From Acidobacteriota bacterium (GTDB taxonomy: Bacteria; Acidobacteriota; Blastocatellia; RBC074), in contig JANPFP010000001.1 in assembly GCA_031423495.1 (NCBI GenBank), positions 32,030 to 96,029 on the forward strand: a DNA stretch of 64,000 bases, read 5' to 3'. Positions 1 to 9,589 of this stretch are shown piece by piece; the stretch's first letter is position 1; every line of letters starts with the position of its first letter. The notes under the pieces are model-generated. The model was not told the DNA's origin, did not search any database, and saw only the letters and a program-made list of their open reading frames with translations. Both the position numbers and the translations under genes were made by a program.

Positions 1-1313
1 ACGCCGTCGTGATTATGATTACGGCGAACGTGCTGGTCGAAGATACGCTCGCGGCTTTGCGCGGCGGGGCTTATGACTTTATCGGCAAGCCAATCAACTT
101 GAATGAACTGCAAGTCACGATTCGCAACGGCATCGAAGCCAACAAATTACGCAAGGAAGTCCATCAACTGCGCCGCGAGAAATCGCGTGAATTCAGCTTT
201 GAGCAAATCATCGGCAGTTCGCACACGATGCAACGAATGATCGCACTGGCGCGCAAGGTCGCCGAGAGCGAAGCATCGTCGGTGTTGTTGCAAGGCGAAA
301 GCGGTACGGGCAAAGACTTGGTGGCGAAAGCCATTCATTACGGTTCGCGCCGTTCCGAAGCGCCTTTCGTAGCGATCAATTGCGCAGCGATTCCAGGGAC
401 ATTGATCGAGAGCGAACTCTTCGGTTTTGAAAAGGGTTCGTTCACCGACGCCAAAGCGCGCAAAGAAGGTTTATTCGAGCAGGCCGAAGGAGGGACGATC
501 TTTTTAGATGAAATCGGCGAACTCGAACTGAGCTTGCAAGCCAAGCTCTTGCGCGTTTTAGAAGAAGGCGCGTTTCGGCGCGTTGGCGGATTGAAAGACC
601 TGCCGCTTGACGTGCGCATCCTCGCGGCATCAAACCGCGATCTCAAAACTGAGAGCGAAGCCGGACGATTCAGGCTTGATCTTTATTATCGGTTGTCGGT
701 GATTCAGATTGATTTGCCGACCTTGCGCGAACGCGGCGATGACGTGTTGTTGCTGGCTGATTACTATCTCGCGCAATTCAATCGCCAATTCAGCAAGGGC
801 AAGCGCCCGGCGGTACGCGGCCTGATGCCAGAAGTCGCAGCGATCTTTCGTCGCTACGGTTGGCCGGGCAACGTGCGCGAACTACGCAACGTGATCGAAC
901 GCGTGATGATTCTCGAAGACGGCGACCAGATTACGACAATGTATTTGCCGCGCGGCCTTATGGCAGAAATGCTGGCCGAAGAGCCAACCGTTCCCCACGC
1001 TCCCCACGCCGCTGCGGCTGCGGCCACGATGACGACGAACTATGTTCCGTCGGTGGTCGCGCCGCAGCCAACCATAGAAGTTCCTGCGCTGACGGAAACG
1101 CCTGCGGCAGTGCCGATGACGATTCCCGTAAGCACAACCTTTCAACTGCCTACGCAAGGCTTGCAACTCGAAGAGTTCGAGTTGTCGCTGGTGCGGCAGG
1201 CCATCGAACGCAGCCACGGCAATCAAACGCGCGCGGCTGAATTGCTGGGCATCTCGCGCGATCAGTTGCGCTATCGTTTGAAAAAACTCGAAGACATTCC
1301 AGCGGAGCCATAA
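1..1313 (+). CDS. sigma-54-dependent Fis-family response regulator (NtrC-like), 5' partial; receiver domain runs off the window start
   Basis: AAA+ sigma-54 activator motifs [15 protein letters not shown] and GAFRRVGG, C-terminal Fis-type HTH ([19 protein letters not shown]); ~70-aa Pro/Ala-rich linker between the AAA+ and HTH domains. Confidence 0.85.
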   Translation, partial: AVVIMITANVLVEDTLAALRGGAYDFIGKPINLNELQVTIRNGIEANKLRKEVHQLRREKSREFSFEQIIGSSHTMQRMIALARKVAESEASSVLLQGESGTGKDLVAKAIHYGSRRSEAPFVAINCAAIPGTLIESELFGFEKGSFTDAKARKEGLFEQAEGGTIFLDEIGELELSLQAKLLRVLEEGAFRRVGGLKDLPLDVRILAASNRDLKTESEAGRFRLDLYYRLSVIQIDLPTLRERGDDVLLLADYYLAQFNRQFSKGKRPAVRGLMPEVAAIFRRYGWPGNVRELRNVIERVMILEDGDQITTMYLPRGLMAEMLAEEPTVPHAPHAAAAAATMTTNYVPSVVAPQPTIEVPALTETPAAVPMTIPVSTTFQLPTQGLQLEEFELSLVRQAIERSHGNQTRAAELLGISRDQLRYRLKKLEDIPAEP

Positions 1314-1316
1314 ACT

Positions 1317-2441
1317 ATGGCGAGCGATTCTCCCTTACCGATTTTGCCAAACATAACGAGCCTGCCGCCCGCTTGCGAAGCCTTGCTCAATGCGCTGACT
1401 GACGGCGTGTGCGTGCAAACGCTTGACTCGCACATCGTCAAAGCCAATCCCGCGTTCGCCGCCATGCTCGGCCTGCCACTCGATCAAATCATTGGTCACA
1501 CCTGCGCTGAAGTGTTTGGCTGCACGAATGAGACGGGCAGCGTGCCGTCGTTTTGCGCGCGGCAAGCCAGCCACGCTACGCATGAACCTGCGAGCGAAGA
1601 AATCAACGGACGCCTGCCCGGCCAACGGCTGCGCGCGCGCGTCTCGCCCGTGCTGGACGAGGGCGGCAACGTGACGGCTTATGTGATGGTGGTACGCGAC
1701 GTGACCGATGTGGTCGCGCGCGAACGCGAACAAGCCCGCGTCGAGCAACTAGCACGTTTCGGCGAACTCGCCGCCGGACTCGCACACGAAATCAAAAATC
1801 CGCTCGCGGGCATTCAAGGCGCGATGGATATTTTGCTGCAACGTTGTGCCGACCACGCGCCCGAACGCGAAGTACTCGCCAACGTCAAACACGAAGTCAG
1901 TCGCATCAACAATACGGTGCAAATGCTGCTCGAACGAGCGCGCCCGCGTACGCTGAACTTCCGTCCGACTTCGATCAACGAGACGACGCAACAGGCCGTC
2001 AATCTGGCGCGCGCGAGTTTGACCGGTGAACGCCGCCAACGCATCTGCATCGAATTCACGCCCGCCGCGACCGCACCCGTGCTGCCCGCCGACGCGGCGC
2101 AACTCGAAGACGCCATCCTCAACCTCATTCTCAACGCCGTCGAAGCCATCGAAGGCATCAAAGGTATCGAAGACGGGGACAGGGGCGCGATCACCGTCGA
2201 AGTCCGCCATCCCGACGAAAACCCCAACCACACGATCATTGCCGTCACCGACACCGGACGCGGCATCGCCGCCGCCGACCTGCAACGTATTTTCAGCCCG
2301 TTCTATACGACCCACAGCAACGGCACCGGACTCGGCCTGCCCGCCGTACGCCGCATCGCCCGCGCTCACGGCGGACGCGTCGAAGTAAATTCAACGGTCG
2401 GCAATGGCTCTACCTTTTCAATTCACTTGCCGCATCACTAA
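1317..2441 (+). CDS. sensor histidine kinase (PAS - HisKA - HATPase_c), soluble
   Basis: H-box LAAGLAHEIKNPLAGI; N/G boxes LNLILNAVEA and GTGLGL; starts 4 nt after the regulator stop, so probably an operon. Confidence 0.8.
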   Translation: MASDSPLPILPNITSLPPACEALLNALTDGVCVQTLDSHIVKANPAFAAMLGLPLDQIIGHTCAEVFGCTNETGSVPSFCARQASHATHEPASEEINGRLPGQRLRARVSPVLDEGGNVTAYVMVVRDVTDVVAREREQARVEQLARFGELAAGLAHEIKNPLAGIQGAMDILLQRCADHAPEREVLANVKHEVSRINNTVQMLLERARPRTLNFRPTSINETTQQAVNLARASLTGERRQRICIEFTPAATAPVLPADAAQLEDAILNLILNAVEAIEGIKGIEDGDRGAITVEVRHPDENPNHTIIAVTDTGRGIAAADLQRIFSPFYTTHSNGTGLGLPAVRRIARAHGGRVEVNSTVGNGSTFSIHLPHH

Positions 2442-2460
2442 CGAAATTAAGCGCGATAAG

Positions 2461-2543
2461 AGTTATGGGAGTTATAGGAGTTATAGGCCAAAGTGGACTC
2501 ACCTTACTATCTCTTTCACTCCTATAACTCCTATAACTCCCAT
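2461..2543. repeat. AT-rich inverted repeat with 23-bp perfect arms (atgggagttataggagttatagg / cctataactcctataactcccat), each arm made of a tandem 9-mer (gagttatag), with a 32-bp loop
   Basis: read directly from sequence; unusually AT-rich for this window; lies between the HK gene and a USP gene. Confidence 0.6.
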
Positions 2544-2601
2544 CGCACTTTCACTGCGTAATTTCCCCGCAGCCATTGCGCGAATTCCCGCAATAAACGT
2601 G

Positions 2602-2617
2602 CGGCACACACCTTGCA
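2602..2617 (+). promoter_or_regulatory. candidate sigma-54 -24/-12 promoter cGGCACacaccTTGCA upstream of USP gene
   Basis: GG-N10-GC spacing with TTGCA at -12; ~43 nt upstream of the ATG at 2660. Confidence 0.5.
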
Positions 2618-2659
2618 ATTCAACGCGGCAGAGGCTGCGACCAAGCGCAGGGTGTTTTT

Positions 2660-3589
2660 ATGATTCAACTCAAACGTATTTTGTATCCAACTACTGCCTC
2701 GGCGACCGCGTTGCAAGACGGTGATGAAGCCTTGCATTACGCCATCGCGTTGGCGCGTGCTTATGGCGCGGAGTTGTTGCTCTGCCATTGCGTAGAGGCT
2801 ATGCCAATGGTCGCCGACGTAGGTTGGATGACCGCGCGGCAAGATACGCAAATGGCAGCGCGGTTGCGGGGCCTATTGCCTGCGAGTGATGTGCCTGCGA
2901 TCAAAGTGTTGCCCGCAATTAAAGTCTTGATTGAAGACGGCGATCCTGCGACGGAAATCCCGCGCCTCGCCGCCGAACATAACGTTGACTTGATCGTGAT
3001 GCGTTCGCGGCGGCGTCCGCGCGCGGCGGCGTTGTTAGGCTCGACGGCTGAGGCTGTGTGCCGCACTGCGCCTTGCCCGGTGTTGGTCACGCACGCAGAG
3101 GAACACGATTGGGTTAAGCCGCACGACGACACCATCGCGTTGCATCGCATCCTGGTGGCGCATGATTTTTCGAACGATGCGGAGTTGGCGTTTAACTACG
3201 GCATGCTGTTAGCACAGGAATATCAGGCCGAATTGCATTTGTTGCACGTGCTGCCTTTCGCGGCTGTGCCCAGCATGACGACGATTCCCGAAAGCCAAGC
3301 AAACGCGATGCATCAGGCCGCGCGGCGTTTGCAATCCGCCGTACCCGCCGAAACTTACCTGTGGTGCGAAGTCAAACATGCCATCCGCAACGGGCAGCCT
3401 TACCGCGAAATTTTGAGTTACGCCGAAGAGCAAAAAATTGACTTGATCTGTTTGGGCGTACACGGCGCGGGCTTTGCGATGCGCGCGTTGTTCGGCTCGA
3501 ACGCCGACCGCGTCTTGCGGCAAGCGCCATGTCCCGTGCTGATCGCACGTCCGCTGAAACCATTCATCAAAACCGGAGAAACATCATGA
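2660..3589 (+). CDS. universal stress protein, tandem UspA domains
   Basis: two Usp modules (..LLLCHCVE.. and ..LICLGVHGAGF..RVLRQAPCPVLIARP); 309 aa. Confidence 0.85.
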   Translation: MIQLKRILYPTTASATALQDGDEALHYAIALARAYGAELLLCHCVEAMPMVADVGWMTARQDTQMAARLRGLLPASDVPAIKVLPAIKVLIEDGDPATEIPRLAAEHNVDLIVMRSRRRPRAAALLGSTAEAVCRTAPCPVLVTHAEEHDWVKPHDDTIALHRILVAHDFSNDAELAFNYGMLLAQEYQAELHLLHVLPFAAVPSMTTIPESQANAMHQAARRLQSAVPAETYLWCEVKHAIRNGQPYREILSYAEEQKIDLICLGVHGAGFAMRALFGSNADRVLRQAPCPVLIARPLKPFIKTGETS

Positions 3590-4047
3590 AAATCTTACTG
3601 GCCGTTGACGGCTCAGATTACAGCAAGTTTGCCGTTGAGTCGGTCGCCGCGCGTCCGTGGCCGCCCGACAGCGAAGTGAAAGTGCTGTCGGCGATTGAAA
3701 TTCCCTTCACGCCGACGCCTGAAACCTGGTCGCTGCCTGACAGCTATTACGCGCAGATGGAAAAGAACGCGCGCGAAAGCGCCGTGCAAGCGACGCAGGA
3801 AGCCGCTGATCGTTTAGCGCAAAACAGTCCGTCGCAACTGCGCGTCAGCACGGCAACGGAATTGGGTCGCGCGCGCGACGTGATTCTCGACACGGCGGAA
3901 AAGTGGGACGCCGATCTGATTGTGATGGGTTCGCACGGATACAGCGCGATCAAACGCTTCATGCTCGGCTCGGTTTCGCACGTCGTGGCAACCCACGCCC
4001 ACTGTTCGGTCGAGATCGTACGCGAGCGAAAGGCAGCCCAATCATGA
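3587..4047 (+). CDS. universal stress protein, single domain
   Basis: MKILLAVDGSDYSKFAVE...IVMGSHGYSAIKRFMLGSVSHVVATHAHCSVEIVR; ATG overlaps the upstream stop. Confidence 0.85.
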
Positions 4048-4481
4048 TTTCAGAACTAGGCGAAAACGAAGCCCGTGCGTTGTTGCAACGCGGCACGCTG
4101 GGACGGCTGGGCGTATGCGAACCCATCCCCGATGACGAACACCACCGGCCTTACGTCGTACCGGTGAGTTATTGGTACGACGACAACTCGGTCTATGTGC
4201 ATTCGTTGAAGGGCCGCAAGGTTCGCGCGTTGCGCGCCAATCCGCACGCCTGTTTGCAAGTAGACGAAATCGAAAGCCCCTACGTCTGGCGCAGCGCACT
4301 GGCGTCCGTCCTTTATGAAGAAGTCACTGACGCCGCTGAACGCGACCGCATATTGTCGGAGTTATTCAAACGGCTGCCGCACCTGACGCCGGTCGAATCG
4401 CGCATGACCAAAGGGTTGGACGAAACCATCGTCTTTCGGTTGCGCCTGACCAGCGTCACTGGCGTCTTTGAAAAGTGGTAA
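4044..4481 (+). CDS. pyridoxamine 5'-phosphate oxidase-like FMN-binding family protein
   Basis: N-terminal EARALLQRGTLGRLGV motif typical of the PNPOx-like split-barrel family; ATGA overlap with upstream USP. Confidence 0.65.
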   Translation: MISELGENEARALLQRGTLGRLGVCEPIPDDEHHRPYVVPVSYWYDDNSVYVHSLKGRKVRALRANPHACLQVDEIESPYVWRSALASVLYEEVTDAAERDRILSELFKRLPHLTPVESRMTKGLDETIVFRLRLTSVTGVFEKW

Positions 4482-4494
4482 CAATCACCAAAAC

Positions 4495-4523
4495 TGTGGG
4501 GCAGGTTCTCAACCTGCCTCACA
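4495..4523. repeat. palindromic element tgtGGGGCAGGTT-ctc-AACCTGCCtcaca, copy 1 of a 3-member family, followed by a U-rich tract and RBS
   Basis: same core GGGCAGGTT/AACCTGCC recurs at 56635 and 63133. Confidence 0.55.
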
Positions 4524-4542
4524 AATTTTCCGAGGAGGAGTT

Positions 4543-4905
4543 ATGACCATGCCTATCGAACGCGCCGCGTGGAGCGGCTATGTGAAAGAATTCAATCAAC
4601 GTAACACCGCTCGCCCGACGCGGATGGAAGTCTTCGGCGAACTCGGCGCACAGGAAGCCGAACATGATTTACCCTTCAACGGGATCACGCTCGAAGCGGG
4701 CGGACTCGACGCACCCAAGTTGCAAATCATGCTCGGCGTGGCGGCTGCCAACGAACGCCACCTGACCCATACGATCACGCGCGTCACGCGCATCACGCCG
4801 AAACGCGCGGCGGACGGACGCGATGAAGTGCTGGAAATTCAAGACACCGACGGTAATCGCGTCTTGCTCAGTTTCACCGCGTTGCCTGAGTTGCTTTCTG
4901 CCTAA
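4543..4905 (+). CDS. hypothetical protein
   Basis: ORF with strong RBS gaggaggag 6 nt upstream of ATG; no family recognised with confidence. Confidence 0.55.
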   Translation: MTMPIERAAWSGYVKEFNQRNTARPTRMEVFGELGAQEAEHDLPFNGITLEAGGLDAPKLQIMLGVAAANERHLTHTITRVTRITPKRAADGRDEVLEIQDTDGNRVLLSFTALPELLSA

Positions 4906-5096
4906 CTCTCTCAGCGCAGCAACCGCGCCGTTGCGCTTCCTTTCGCAGCGATTCATACGCTGCTTTCAAACGCGGCAACGGTTTCAAGCACGCACGATTG
5001 CCTATCGCGCGCGGCAAGCCCGGCAACCCCACGGAGTGTCGGGCTTGTTCATTTTTCGTAACAGTACTTGGCCTTTGATTTGCACTCGCCACGAGT

Positions 5097-5959
5097 ATGA
5101 GAACGATAGAGGAATTTCACCCACAGGCTTTTTGGCAACGACTGCTCGCCGCAATTGGTATCGCTTGCATTCTTGCCTTCAACGCCCAAGCACAAATTCC
5201 GACACCGCGACCAACACCGATACCGGTGCAGGTTCCGACACCGACACCGACACCGACACCAACACCAACGCCGACGCCCAAAGCAACGCCTGCGCTCAAA
5301 CCAGCAGCGCCAACGGGCGAAGATATCAACGAAGCCCGCGAGTTGTTAAGCGCGCTCGGTTTTTGGGTGATCTTTGCCGAAGAGAAAAAGGGCGGGCACA
5401 TCGAACAGAATCAAAAATTCGACACGTCCATGCGGCATTCGCTGATCGCGTTTCAAAAAATCACGGGGCGTAAGCGCACCGGTGTACTCACCGACGACGA
5501 GTTGGAAGCCTTGCGCAAGGCCAAACGCCACGAAGCCTTAGAGAGCGGTTACGCGCACATCGAAGTTGATCTCGCCCAACAAGTCTTACTCGTGGTGGAC
5601 AGTTACGGCGCGTGTTTGCGCATCCTGCCCATTTCATCAGGCAGCGGCGAGTGGTTCACCGAAGGCGGCAGAACGCGCCGCGCCGTCACGCCCGTGGGCG
5701 TTTCAAAGTCGAGCGCAAGATAGCGGGCTGGCGCAAAAGCGCGCTGGGCTTGCTCTATTACCCCAATTACATAGTTGACGGTATCGCCATTCACGGCAAC
5801 CCGCTCGTACCGCCGCAACCCGCCAGTCACGGCTGCATTCGCATTCCGATGTTCGCGGCCAAAGAGTTTTCTGAAATGGCGGTCATCGGTTTGCCGGTGA
5901 TCATTTATGAGAACAAGTCGCCGGTTGAGAAGCCGATACTGACTTTCGCTAAGCCATAA
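5097..5959 (+). pseudogene. L,D-transpeptidase (signal peptide, PT-repeat linker, PG-binding domain, YkuD catalytic domain) interrupted by a single -1 frameshift near 5695
   Basis: the two track ORFs 5097..5723 and 5612..5959 are consecutive parts of one Ldt: ..RAVTPVG in frame 1, then [11 protein letters not shown]...AIHGNP...SHGCIRIP in frame 2. Confidence 0.6.
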
Positions 5960-6039
5960 AGAGCGCGCATGTAGTCCCGCCTTCCAGGCGGAATGTCTCG
6001 CGCATCAAACCCTTCCGGCTGAAGCCGGTACTACGAACT

Positions 6040-8721
6040 ATGCACGTCATGATCAACCAACAACCTTACGAATTCGCCGACGGCCTCACCGTCTTGCAAG
6101 CCTTGCGCGCCGTTCACTTGGACGTGCCTACGCTTTGCCACGATGAGCGTTTGCAACCGTGCGGCGAGTGTCGAATGTGCCTCGTTGAAATCACGCAACA
6201 CGGGCAAATGCGATTTGCTACGGCGTGCAATACGCCACTCGCCGATGGCATGCAGTTTGCGACGCATACCGCTGCCCTAGAAGACGAGCGTCGCTCTTTA
6301 CTCGCTATGTTGGCTAGTGGTTATCAGACGGAAGTCATAAACCGCTTTCCAGCCAAGCCGTTGCATCAACTGTTTCGGCAATACGATTTGCTCGAGGCGT
6401 GTTACGGCGCGGCGGATGAATCGTTGCGCGACGTGTCGCATCCATACATCACCGTGGATATGGCGCGTTGCATTGATTGTTATCGTTGCGTACGTATCTG
6501 TGACGAAGTGCAGGGCCAATTCGTGTGGGAGATTTTGAATCGCGGCGCTGAGACGCGCATTGCGCCAAGCAATAAAGACGGCACGGCGGCGAACCTGCTG
6601 GCGAGCGCCTGTGTGAGTTGCGGCGCGTGCGTTGACACCTGCCCCAGCGGCGCGCTCGAAGATCAATCCGTCATCGCGTTCGGCGCGGCTACGCAATGGA
6701 CGAAGACGACTTGTCCATATTGCGGCACGGGCTGCGAAATGAACGTCGGCACAAAAGATGACCGCATCGTGCAGATCACGCCTGCGCACGAAGCCCCCGT
6801 CAACAAAGGCCATCTGTGCGTCAAAGGACGTTACGCCTATGAATTTGTTTACGCCGACGACCGCGTCACTTCGCCGATGATTCGTGAAAACAACGAATGG
6901 CGGCGCGTCTCTTGGGACGAAGCGATTCAATTCACCGCCACCCGCTTGCAACAAATCGTCAACGCCCACGGGGCTGACAGCGTAGGCATGCTCGGTTCGG
7001 CGCGCGCAACGAATGAGGAAAACTATCTCACGCAAAAATTCGCCCGCGTCGCGCTTGGCACCAACAACGTAGATTGTTGCGCCCGCGTCTGCCACGCGCC
7101 TACCGCCGCCGCGATGAAACTCACTTTAGGCACAGGCGCGGCGACGAATTCATACGACGACATCGAACGCGCGCATACGATTTTGTTGTGCGGCACGAAC
7201 GCTACAGAAAATCATCCGATCATCGGCGCGCGCATCAAACAGGCTGTCATCAAAGGCGCAAAGCTGATTGTGATTGATCCGCGCCGCATCGAAATGGCTG
7301 ATTACGCCGACGTGCATCTGGCGTTGCGTCCGGGTACGAACGTGCCGCTGCTCAACGCACTCGCCTGCGCCATCATCGAAGAAAAACTCTATGACGAAGC
7401 TTTCATCAGCGAGCGCGTCAGCGACTGGGAAGCCTTTCAAACCTTCATCAAACAGTTCACGCCCGAAAGCGTAGCCGACCTTTGCGGCGTCATCGCCGAA
7501 GCGATTCGCCAAGCCGCGCGGCTCTACGCAACCGGCCAGCCGAGCATGTGTTTGCACGGTTTGGGCATGACCGAACACACGCAAGGCACCGAAGGCGTGA
7601 TGGCACTCGTCAATCTCGCGCTGCTCACCGGCAACCTCGGCAAGCCCGGCGCGGGAGTCAATCCGCTGCGCGGACAAAACAACGTGCAAGGTTCCGCGCA
7701 CATGGGCTGCGAACCAAACAATCTCACAGGCTTTGTTTCGTTAGCTGACGGACGCGCGTTGTTTGAAAGCGTCTGGCAATCCGCCTTGCCAACGACGCAA
7801 GGTTTGAACCTGATGCAGATGATGGATGCAGCAGCGGCAGGCAAGCTCAAGGCGCTCTGGGCGATTGGTTACGACATCCTGCTGACCAACGCGAATACGC
7901 ACGAGACGCGGCGCGCGCTCGACAACCTCGAACTCGTCATCGTGCAGGATATGTTTTTGAACGAGACCGCGCGCGAGTTCGGTACGGTCTTTCTGCCCGC
8001 CGCTTCGTCGTTTGAAAAAGACGGTACGTTTATGAACGCCGAACGCCGCGTGCAGCGCGTACGCAGCTCAATCGCGCCGCGCGGCGAAAGCAAAAGCGAC
8101 TGGCAAATCATTTGCGACTTGGCGCGCGCGCTAGGCCACGGCGCGCAATTCGCTTTTCAATCCGCTGAAGAAATCTGGAACGAAGTTCGTCAGGTGTGGC
8201 CCGCCGGGCGCGGTATCAGTTACGCGCGCATCGAGACGGCGGGCTTACAATGGCCTTGCCCCGACGAAAGCCACGCGGGTACGCAACTCTTGCACGCCAC
8301 GACCTTCCCCATCGGCAAGCAAGCCGCGTTGCGACGAATTGATTATCGCGCTACGCCTGAAACCGTATCAGACGAATTTCCTTTCCTGCTCACGACCGGA
8401 CGTACGCTGCATCAGTTCAACGCAGGCACGATGACGATGCGCACGAAAAACGCGGTGCTGCGTCCGGCTGATACGCTCGACATCGCGCCCGCCGATGCCG
8501 AACGCCTGCAACTGCCCGACGGCGCGCGCGTCCGCGTGATCAGCCGCCACGGTGAAACTGTGATGGCGCTCAAGCATGACGATGCGGTTAAGGCGGGTGA
8601 GTTGTTTGTTACGTTTCACACGGCGGAGGTGTTTTTGAATCACGTGACGAGTCCGCACCGCGATGGGTATGTTGGTGCGCCGGAATACAAGGTGACGGCG
8701 GTGCGGATTGAGCGGATTTGA
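6040..8721 (+). CDS. formate dehydrogenase alpha subunit-like molybdopterin oxidoreductase with fused N-terminal 2Fe-2S and 4Fe-4S ferredoxin domains (Cys-type, not Sec)
   Basis: N-terminal CHDERLQPCGECRMC (2Fe-2S), CxxCxxC clusters, MopB Fe4S4 TKTTCPYCGTGCEM, GHLCVKGR, ARVCHAPT at the FdhF selenocysteine position, 893 aa. Confidence 0.8.
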   Translation: MHVMINQQPYEFADGLTVLQALRAVHLDVPTLCHDERLQPCGECRMCLVEITQHGQMRFATACNTPLADGMQFATHTAALEDERRSLLAMLASGYQTEVINRFPAKPLHQLFRQYDLLEACYGAADESLRDVSHPYITVDMARCIDCYRCVRICDEVQGQFVWEILNRGAETRIAPSNKDGTAANLLASACVSCGACVDTCPSGALEDQSVIAFGAATQWTKTTCPYCGTGCEMNVGTKDDRIVQITPAHEAPVNKGHLCVKGRYAYEFVYADDRVTSPMIRENNEWRRVSWDEAIQFTATRLQQIVNAHGADSVGMLGSARATNEENYLTQKFARVALGTNNVDCCARVCHAPTAAAMKLTLGTGAATNSYDDIERAHTILLCGTNATENHPIIGARIKQAVIKGAKLIVIDPRRIEMADYADVHLALRPGTNVPLLNALACAIIEEKLYDEAFISERVSDWEAFQTFIKQFTPESVADLCGVIAEAIRQAARLYATGQPSMCLHGLGMTEHTQGTEGVMALVNLALLTGNLGKPGAGVNPLRGQNNVQGSAHMGCEPNNLTGFVSLADGRALFESVWQSALPTTQGLNLMQMMDAAAAGKLKALWAIGYDILLTNANTHETRRALDNLELVIVQDMFLNETAREFGTVFLPAASSFEKDGTFMNAERRVQRVRSSIAPRGESKSDWQIICDLARALGHGAQFAFQSAEEIWNEVRQVWPAGRGISYARIETAGLQWPCPDESHAGTQLLHATTFPIGKQAALRRIDYRATPETVSDEFPFLLTTGRTLHQFNAGTMTMRTKNAVLRPADTLDIAPADAERLQLPDGARVRVISRHGETVMALKHDDAVKAGELFVTFHTAEVFLNHVTSPHRDGYVGAPEYKVTAVRIERI

Positions 8722-8781
8722 AATCGGGCGTTGTTGAGAAAGCGCGCTCAGGGTTATGATTCAGGGCAAGGAGGAATGCTA

Positions 8782-9033
8782 ATGAATGGAACGATCACTT
8801 TACCGATTGACGCAGAATTGGCCGGCTGGCTTACCACGGGAGCGGCGACACGAGGCGTCAGGGTTGAAGAATTCGCCGTAGACACCTTACGCCGCGTTGC
8901 CAAAAAGCCGACTATCAACGAAGTCTTCGCCGACGTGCAAGCCGATTTCAAAGCGAGCGGAATGACCGAAGATGAGTTGGGCGATTTGCTGGAAAAAGCC
9001 GTTGCCGAAGTGAGAGCGAGCAACCGTGACTGA
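8782..9033 (+). CDS. putative antitoxin partner of PIN toxin (small acidic protein)
   Basis: 83 aa; RBS ggagga; its stop overlaps the GTG start of the downstream PIN gene (gtgactga). Confidence 0.5.
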   Translation: MNGTITLPIDAELAGWLTTGAATRGVRVEEFAVDTLRRVAKKPTINEVFADVQADFKASGMTEDELGDLLEKAVAEVRASNRD

Positions 9034-9499
9034 AAAATATCTGGTGGTGTTCGACACGGTGGCTTTGGTGCAGCGCGTAATCGCTCCCGAAGGAAACGCC
9101 GCCAAATGCTTTGCTTATTTTGAAGAAGGAGTAATCGCCGTCGCCGTCAGTCACGCCACACTCAAGGAACTCAAAGACGTGCTTTCACGCTCCTACATCC
9201 GCGACAGGTTTCCGCACATCACCGATGCAATTGTTACTTGGCTAACCGATTTATTGCTTGAAGAAGGCGAGTACCGGCGAAACGTACTCAGACATTTCAC
9301 CTACCCGCGCGACCCCAAAGACGAACCGCCCATTAACCTCGCTATCGAAGTCAATGCTCATTACCTCATCAGCCGTGATAAAGACTTGCTTGATTTGATG
9401 AACTGGAACAAACCGGATGGCCGTGAGTTTCAGCGCCGCTTTCGGTTTCTAAAAATCGTCAAGCCGGAAGAATTCTTGCAAGTAATGGAAGGCAATTGA
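9026..9499 (+). CDS. putative toxin-antitoxin system toxin component, PIN family
   Basis: 157 aa; LVVFDTVALVQ...ISRDKDLLDL acidic PIN-like residues; 8-nt overlap with upstream small gene. Confidence 0.65.
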   Translation: MTEKYLVVFDTVALVQRVIAPEGNAAKCFAYFEEGVIAVAVSHATLKELKDVLSRSYIRDRFPHITDAIVTWLTDLLLEEGEYRRNVLRHFTYPRDPKDEPPINLAIEVNAHYLISRDKDLLDLMNWNKPDGREFQRRFRFLKIVKPEEFLQVMEGN

Positions 9500-9502
9500 A
9501 CC

Positions 9503-9589
9503 GCGTAACAAGTCCGCAATGTGACGGCTACGTCGGCGCACCGAAATACAAAGTCACAGCCGTCCAGTTCGAACGCCTCGCCGGATAAA
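9503..9589 (+). other. degenerate duplicate of the fdh 3' end (encodes RVTSPQCDGYVGAPKYKVTAVQFERLAG* versus fdh C-terminus HVTSPHRDGYVGAPEYKVTAVRIERI*)
   Basis: direct comparison of 9503-9589 with 8641-8721; ~75% nt identity; flanks the TA cassette. Confidence 0.6.

Noticed and set aside
860-1240. Same-strand overlapping ORFs within the sigma-54 regulator, HK, USP and cytochrome genes (e.g. 860..1240, 1423..1674, 5155..5349, 12399..12830, 25930..26385)
   Set aside because: These are alternative frames of real genes (e.g. 5155..5349 is the His/Arg-rich alternate frame of the PTPT linker), with no independent start signals.
5236-5285. PTPTPTPTPTPTP repeat as a possible satellite/repeat feature
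   Set aside because: It is an in-frame Pro-Thr linker of the L,D-transpeptidase between the signal peptide and the PG-binding domain, so it is coding low complexity rather than a non-coding repeat.
6298-7095. Long antisense ORFs inside large genes (e.g. 6298..7095, 15424..16449, 16657..17316, 21688..22710, 24437..25417, 38126..38752, 40858..41469, 54499..55251)
   Set aside because: They lie entirely within strongly supported CDSs on the opposite strand and are Arg/Ala/Gly-rich with no domain signatures or RBSs. This is the typical open-frame artefact of ~60% GC DNA.
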